DNA of 64,000 nucleotides from Deltaproteobacteria bacterium (GTDB lineage Bacteria; Myxococcota_A; Polyangia; Polyangiales; Houyiibacteriaceae): NCBI GenBank assembly GCA_034670305.1, contig JAXMNT010000022.1, positions 32,001 to 96,000 of the forward strand, read 5' to 3'. Shown piece by piece: positions 58,563 to 64,000 of this stretch (position 1 is its first letter; each line of letters starts with the position of its first letter). The notes under the pieces were generated by a model. It saw only the letters and a program-made list of their open reading frames with translations, ran no database searches and was not told where the DNA came from. The position numbers and the translations under genes were made by a program.

Positions 58563-60644
58563 TTGCCCGGCGGGCGAAAGACACTCGACCTCTTGGCAGA
58601 AGAGCGCGAGCAGAAGCGACGGCGCAAGAAGGACCAGCCGTCCTTCGTCGGCACCACGCTGCAGGGCCGGTACCACCTCGTGCGAAAGCTGGGGGACGGC
58701 GGCATGGGGTCCGTCTACAAGGCGGCCGATCAGGTGCTCCGCCGGTTCGTGGCGATCAAGCTGCTGCATCCGACGACCGCCGAGAACGCCTCTTCGGTCG
58801 AACGCTTCGTCCGGGAGGCCCGGAGTGCCGCCGCCATCGGCCACCCGAACATCATCGACATCCTCGACTTCGGCTACGAACACAAGCGCCCGTTCCTCGT
58901 CATGGAGTACCTCCGCGGCCGCTCCCTCTCGGAGGTGATCGCGGAAGAGGGGCGTCTGTCGATCGAACGGGCCTGCAAGATCGCCACCCACGCCCTCGCG
59001 GGACTCGCCGCCGCGCACGACCGCGGCATCCTGCACCGGGACCTGAAACCGGCGAACCTGATGTTGATCGCGCTGCTCGGCGATTCGGACTTCGTGAAGC
59101 TGTGCGACTTCGGGTTTGCGGCGCTCGTCACGCCGACCAAACGCATCGACGGCGGCAAGAACCTCACACCGGCCCGCACCTTGGTCGGCACGCCCGCCTA
59201 CTGCGCGCCAGAGCGGCTGCGGGGCGACGACCGGCGCGACCCCCGGCTCGATGTGTACTCGGTCGGCATCGTGCTCTACGAGATGCTCGCGGGTCGTCGG
59301 CCTTTCGACGCGCCGACCTTCCGGCAACTCGCGCGCATGATCAAGAGCGACCCGCCGGCGCGGCTGCGGACCATCCGCCGGGATGTGCCCCGCGCGCTCG
59401 AGAAGGTGATCGAGAAGGCGCTCGCGAAAGAGCGGGACAAACGTTGGGCCACGAGCGCGGACTTCGCTGCGGCCCTCGTCCCGTTCGGTGGACGCGTGGT
59501 GCCCAAAGAAGACTTCGCCAGCGACTCGTTCACGATGGACCTGCTCCGGATCCGGGCGCGGGAGACCCAGCAGCAACGCGTCGTGACGCCGTCGGAGGCG
59601 GAGCAGATCCTGGAGCTGCGGGCGAAGGCGCGCCGTGAACGGGAAGCGGAGCGCAAACGACGCGCGGCGGCGGAGTCGAGTGCGGTCCCCGCGACGGGAT
59701 CCGACGGCTCGAGTGCGGCGGAGAGTCTGCAGAGCAGCGATCTCGAAGAACCGACGCCACTCGGCGCGGGCGCCCACATGCCGCTGCTTCCCGACGCCAC
59801 CGAACGTCAGCTGCCGTTCAGTACGCCGTTCCAAGCGCCGGCCGTGCCGCCGGTCGCGTCCTCGCTCGTGCCGGCTTCGAAACGTGACCGGCCGTTCGAC
59901 GCCCGCACCACCGAGGCCGACGCGACCGAGGCCGGCTTGCCCCCGGTGCCGGTGCTGGACCCGCCGAGCGCACCGGTGGATCCGCCACGCCGTGCGCGGC
60001 CGGTGGAGCGCGAACGCGCCATCGAGGACGCGGCGAGCCACTCGTTTCCCGACCTCGCCGCCGGCGACGACACCGTCATCGACGACCGCTCGTACGCGGG
60101 GTCGCTCGGCCTGTCGATCCTCCGGTTCGTCTCGCGGCGGTACGGCGAACGGGCGTTGACCGAGATGCTCGAGACCCTCCCGGATGTGGCGCGCCACGTC
60201 TTCGAACGCGGCATCGGCGACGACGACTGGATCCCGTTCCCCGCGGTGGATGCGCTCATGCAGACCGTGGATGCGCAGATGGGTCGCGACGATCTGCATC
60301 TGGTGGTGCAGTGCGGCCGCGCCGCCTCCGAAGGCGCGTTCGAGACGATGCGCAAAGTGCGGCCGCCCGCGCCGCCGCCCGAACTGCTCATCGCCGAGAT
60401 GCCGACGGTGCTCGCGAAACTCGTGCGCGGCGTGGACGTGCACGTCGGCCGGATGGGCCGCGGCTACGCGCGCCTGGAGCTCGACGAGTCGGGCGAGAGC
60501 AGCCTCACCTTCGGCGTCTTCTTGATCGGGTTTCTCGACCGCAGCCTCGACCGTTTCGGCGCGTCCGAAGTGGAGGTCAGCCTGATCTCCAGCCCCGCCC
60601 TAGGCGACAGCAACTGCGTGTACGAGATCAGCTGGATCGCCTAG
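58563..60644 (+). CDS. Ser/Thr protein kinase with C-terminal V4R/H-NOX-like domain
   Basis: GDGGMG, VAIK, HRDLKPAN, DFG, GTPAYCAPE; C-terminal RYG..WIP..GF..GDSNCVYEISW. Confidence 0.9.
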   Translation: MPGGRKTLDLLAEEREQKRRRKKDQPSFVGTTLQGRYHLVRKLGDGGMGSVYKAADQVLRRFVAIKLLHPTTAENASSVERFVREARSAAAIGHPNIIDILDFGYEHKRPFLVMEYLRGRSLSEVIAEEGRLSIERACKIATHALAGLAAAHDRGILHRDLKPANLMLIALLGDSDFVKLCDFGFAALVTPTKRIDGGKNLTPARTLVGTPAYCAPERLRGDDRRDPRLDVYSVGIVLYEMLAGRRPFDAPTFRQLARMIKSDPPARLRTIRRDVPRALEKVIEKALAKERDKRWATSADFAAALVPFGGRVVPKEDFASDSFTMDLLRIRARETQQQRVVTPSEAEQILELRAKARREREAERKRRAAAESSAVPATGSDGSSAAESLQSSDLEEPTPLGAGAHMPLLPDATERQLPFSTPFQAPAVPPVASSLVPASKRDRPFDARTTEADATEAGLPPVPVLDPPSAPVDPPRRARPVERERAIEDAASHSFPDLAAGDDTVIDDRSYAGSLGLSILRFVSRRYGERALTEMLETLPDVARHVFERGIGDDDWIPFPAVDALMQTVDAQMGRDDLHLVVQCGRAASEGAFETMRKVRPPAPPPELLIAEMPTVLAKLVRGVDVHVGRMGRGYARLELDESGESSLTFGVFLIGFLDRSLDRFGASEVEVSLISSPALGDSNCVYEISWIA

Positions 60645-60667
60645 CCGGGCGCGAAAGCGCCCGGCTA
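60642..60667 (+). terminator. Perfect GAAA-tetraloop hairpin at the kinase stop
   Basis: tagccgggcgc-gaaa-gcgcccggcta. Confidence 0.7.
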
Positions 60668-60717
60668 CCCTTGCCCGTGCCCTTGCCTTTGCCCGTGCCC
60701 TCCCGTGCCCTGCCCCT
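60668..60717. repeat. Short (TGCCCT/TGCCCG)n tract
   Basis: Period-6 C-runs between the convergent kinase and ligA genes. Confidence 0.8.
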
Positions 60718-60731
60718 GTTCGTGCTCGAAC

Positions 60732-62741
60732 TCAGCCCTTCTCGAGCACCAAGAAGGCGTCCCAGTCGATGACCTTCGCGCCCTTCTTCACGGCGGCGTC
60801 CATCTTCGTCTTGCCGACCTTCGCGCCCGCGAGCAGGTAGGTCGTGCCCTTCTTGACGCTCTTGTGCACTTCGCCGCCTGCGGCTTCGATGCGCACCCAG
60901 ATGGCCTCCCGTTTGTCGTCGAACGCGCCGGTCACGCAGAAGGACGAACCGGTGAGGGTGCCGGCCACCGCCTTCTTCTTGGCGGGCTGTTTCGCCACGA
61001 CGCCGAGCGCCAGCATCTTCTCCAGCATCGCGCGCTGGCTCTTGTTGCCGAAGAAGTCCGCCACGCTCGCGGCCATCTTGTCGCCGATGCCGTGAATGGC
61101 GGCCAGCTCTGTCTGCATCGCGTCCGAGTCCTCCGCCGCTTCGAGCAGCTTCTCGAGCGTCTTGTACTTCTCTGCGAAGACCTTCGCCGCCACCGTGCCG
61201 ACGAGCGGAATGCCCAGCGAAGTGATGAGGCGCGCGAACGTGCGGCCCTTGCGTGCGTCTTCGATGGACTTGAGCACGTTGTCGACGCTCTTCTTGCCCA
61301 TGCGGTCGAGCGCGAGCAGTTCCTTCTTCTTGTCGTGCAGCCCGAACACGTCGGCCAGGTCGGTGACGAGCTTCGCGTCGACGAGTTGTTCGACCAGGCT
61401 CTTGCCCATGTGGTCGATGTCCATGCACGCGCGCCGGGTCATGTACCAGACGCCGGCCTTCAGGCGCCCCGGACACGACGCGCTCACGCAACGCAGCGCC
61501 GCTTGGCCATCCTCCCGAACGACCGGCTCGTTGCAGGCCGGGCACTTCGAGGGCGGCTTCCACTTCTTGGAACCCTTCGGGCGCAGGTCCGTGTTCACCC
61601 GCAGCACCTGCGGAATGATCTCGCCGGCTTTCTGCATGACGACCGTGTCGCCCACCCGGATGTCCTTGGACGCCACCTGGTCGAGGTTGTGGAGCGACGC
61701 ACGTTCGACGACCGTGCCGCTGAGCGGGATCGGGTCGACTTCGGCGACGGGCGTCAGCGCGCCGGTGCGGCCGACGTCACAGGTGATCGAGCGCACGACG
61801 GTCTCGCCGGTCTCGGCCGCATACTTCCAGGCGGTGGCCCAGCGCGGGAAACGCGCGGTGAACCCGAGCGTGGCGCGCAGGTCCATCTCGTCGACCTTGA
61901 GCACGATGCCGTCGGTCTCGTACGGCAGGGTCTTGCGGATCTTGTCGAACTTCTCGATGTATTTGAGGACCGCGTCCTTGTCCTTGCAGATCTTCTCGAG
62001 CCGGTGGGTCGGCAGACCGATCTTGGCGAGGTGGCTGAGCATCTCGGTCTGCTTGTCGAAGTACTCCTCGACCAGATCGTAGAAGTAGACCCGGAGCGGT
62101 CGCTCGGCGGTGATGCGCGGATCCATCAAACGAAGCGATCCGGACGCAGCGTTGCGCGGGTTGGCGAACTCGGGTTCGCCGTCCGCGCGGCGCTGGTCGT
62201 TCACGGCATCCAGGTCGGCGCCGTAGATGAAGATTTCGCCCCGCACGGTGAGGGTCCGGGTCTCGTCGATGTGCAGCGGCATCGCTCGGATGGTGCGCAC
62301 GTTGGTGGTGACGTCCTCTCCGGTCTCTCCGTCGCCGCGGGTCGTCGCGAGCACCATCACGCCGTTCTCGTAGGTGACCTCGATGCTGGCGCCGTCGATC
62401 TTCGGTTCCGCCACGTATCGGTACTTCGTCCCCTTCGGGAGCGCGTCGCGGATGCGCCGGTCGAACTCGGCGACTTCGTCGTCGGTGTACGCGTTGTCGA
62501 GCGAGTACATCTTCTTGGCCCGGGTGACCTTCTTGAACCCGGACTTCGGAACGGCCCCGATGCGCTGGGTGGGCGAGCTGTCGCTCACCAGCTCCGGGTG
62601 CTCCGCCTCGAGCTTGCGCAGCTCTTGAAAGAGCCCGTCGTACTCGATGTCGCTGACCGAAGGGGCGTCGAGCACGTAGTACGCGTAGTTGTGTTTCGCG
62701 ATTTGTTTGCAGAGTTTCGCGTGTCGGCTTGCCGGTGTCAT
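60732..62741 (-). CDS. ligA: NAD-dependent DNA ligase
   Basis: YYVLDAP..YD, EPKIDG, RGDG..GED, NPRNAASGSLR, DGIVLK, C4 zinc finger, BRCT. Confidence 0.97.
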   Translation of the reverse strand: MTPASRHAKLCKQIAKHNYAYYVLDAPSVSDIEYDGLFQELRKLEAEHPELVSDSSPTQRIGAVPKSGFKKVTRAKKMYSLDNAYTDDEVAEFDRRIRDALPKGTKYRYVAEPKIDGASIEVTYENGVMVLATTRGDGETGEDVTTNVRTIRAMPLHIDETRTLTVRGEIFIYGADLDAVNDQRRADGEPEFANPRNAASGSLRLMDPRITAERPLRVYFYDLVEEYFDKQTEMLSHLAKIGLPTHRLEKICKDKDAVLKYIEKFDKIRKTLPYETDGIVLKVDEMDLRATLGFTARFPRWATAWKYAAETGETVVRSITCDVGRTGALTPVAEVDPIPLSGTVVERASLHNLDQVASKDIRVGDTVVMQKAGEIIPQVLRVNTDLRPKGSKKWKPPSKCPACNEPVVREDGQAALRCVSASCPGRLKAGVWYMTRRACMDIDHMGKSLVEQLVDAKLVTDLADVFGLHDKKKELLALDRMGKKSVDNVLKSIEDARKGRTFARLITSLGIPLVGTVAAKVFAEKYKTLEKLLEAAEDSDAMQTELAAIHGIGDKMAASVADFFGNKSQRAMLEKMLALGVVAKQPAKKKAVAGTLTGSSFCVTGAFDDKREAIWVRIEAAGGEVHKSVKKGTTYLLAGAKVGKTKMDAAVKKGAKVIDWDAFLVLEKG

Positions 62742-62930
62742 ACTCGTCCTCTTTTGCTCGGATGCGATGTGCGGTTGGCTCGCCTGGCCCGCCGGGGCGC
62801 GGATGATAAGATCGGGCCCCTCGCGACCACAACGGGAGAGCGCAGATCCACGTGATCGTTGCCGTTTCTCCTACGTCACCATGTCTCAATCCTCCCCGCC
62901 CACGCCCCAGTCGGTCCAAGCCCGTCGTTG

Positions 62931-64000
62931 ATGCGCAACTCCCGCATACTTCCGCTGCTGGGTCCGGCGGGCGCGTTGTACCTGATCGCGGAGGCCGCAT
63001 CGCTCTCCGGTGGGCTCGATTGGGCCGGCTGGGTGCTCGCGTCGTTGGCGGTCGGACTGACCCTCGCGCCCCTCTGGTTGCGCCGCCGCTTGGCGGACGA
63101 GGTGCCCGGCGCGCGACGGGTGGCGACGCTCGGGGTCGCGAGCGGGATCGCCTTCGCGTCCCTGGTGCAACCGGAGGGACTCTCGTTGTTGCGCGACCTC
63201 GTGCTCGCCATCGCGATGCCGCTCTCGAGCGCGGTGCTCTTCGACCTCGCCACGCGGGTGCCGGATTCGGTCGTCGCGCGGCTCCGAACGTTGGTCTTCG
63301 TGTCGGCGGCCTGTGTGGCCGCGCTCGGGGCATTGGCCGCGCTCCCTGCCTTTGAACTCTTCGGGGACCTCAGGCTCGTGCCGGCGCGGGTCGCGAACGT
63401 GCCCGCCTGGTTTGCACTGGCCTGCGTTGCGGGTGCATTCGTGCTGCGGCTCGGGCGACGACGTGCGGGCAGTGCGCCGGCGGCCTTGGCGGCGAACGCG
63501 TGGGCGGAGCTCGGACTCGCGCCCGGGCTGATCGCGGGGGTGGCGCTCGCCGTGCTCTCGCAGCGCGGGGTCGACGTGCGCTCCGACTGGGCGATGCAGA
63601 CCCTCGGCGTCTGCGCCGCGATCGGCATGTACGGGCACACGGCGCTCGTCGATCCCAAACGACGCCTGCGCGCGGCGGCCGCAGTCCGGGCGTACATCTC
63701 GCACTCGCTCACCCTCGCCACACTGGGTGGGCTGGCGTGGTTCTTCTGGTCGTCGGTTCCAGCGCATCCCGTCGCGATCGCGCTGGTGGTGGCGGGGACC
63801 TGGATCGTGGGCCTGGTCGTGTGGCGAACCTCGACGCGGTTGGTCCGGCAGCTCCTCGCGCCGTTCGGTGGCCGTTTGCTCGATGCCGTCGACACGGCGC
63901 GCCAAGCGAGTCGGCGTGCGGCCACCCTCGACGAACTCGCGGCGGCGGTGCTGCCCTCCTTGCGCGCGGCCTCAGGATCGGACGCGACCCCCCTCCTGTG
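62931..64000 (+). CDS. Polytopic membrane protein, 3' truncated (absent from the ORF track)
   Basis: MRNSRILPLLGPAGALYLIAE.. stays open to the window end with many hydrophobic helices, then a soluble helical segment (LDELAAAVLPSLR). Confidence 0.7.
   Translation, partial: MRNSRILPLLGPAGALYLIAEAASLSGGLDWAGWVLASLAVGLTLAPLWLRRRLADEVPGARRVATLGVASGIAFASLVQPEGLSLLRDLVLAIAMPLSSAVLFDLATRVPDSVVARLRTLVFVSAACVAALGALAALPAFELFGDLRLVPARVANVPAWFALACVAGAFVLRLGRRRAGSAPAALAANAWAELGLAPGLIAGVALAVLSQRGVDVRSDWAMQTLGVCAAIGMYGHTALVDPKRRLRAAAAVRAYISHSLTLATLGGLAWFFWSSVPAHPVAIALVVAGTWIVGLVVWRTSTRLVRQLLAPFGGRLLDAVDTARQASRRAATLDELAAAVLPSLRAASGSDATPLL

Overview
High-GC bacterial chromosome segment with a Myxococcota signature (probably Polyangiales/Sandaracinaceae-like; inferred from the MYXO-CTERM-like tail, Cys-rich lipoproteins, several Ser/Thr kinases, a sigma-54 EBP and a FrgA-like gene). 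About 45 CDS. Housekeeping: uvrD/pcrA, ligA, PBP1A, trmH-family, yebC, pspA, glpG. Signalling: three Ser/Thr kinase genes, PP2C, HAMP histidine kinase, receiver protein, ECF sigma/anti-sigma, EBP. There are also many large secreted or lipoprotein genes. I found no rRNA, tRNA, CRISPR array, transposase or prophage. The best candidates for new biology are: (1) a 1728-aa lipoprotein with a disulfide-stapled hydrophobic helical hairpin and a Tc-toxin-A-like C-terminus, with no TcB/TcC in the window; (2) eight period-6 simple-repeat tracts at gene boundaries, several capped by G-quadruplex motifs or inverted arms, two read in frame as Glu/Asp-rich tails of two different HTTM (gamma-carboxylase-like) proteins; (3) a dispersed intergenic repeat family with GNA mini-hairpins; (4) a translationally coupled PBP1A / FG-GAP protein / orphan solute-binding protein / histidine kinase operon. 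All domain calls come from motif recognition by eye, not database searches.
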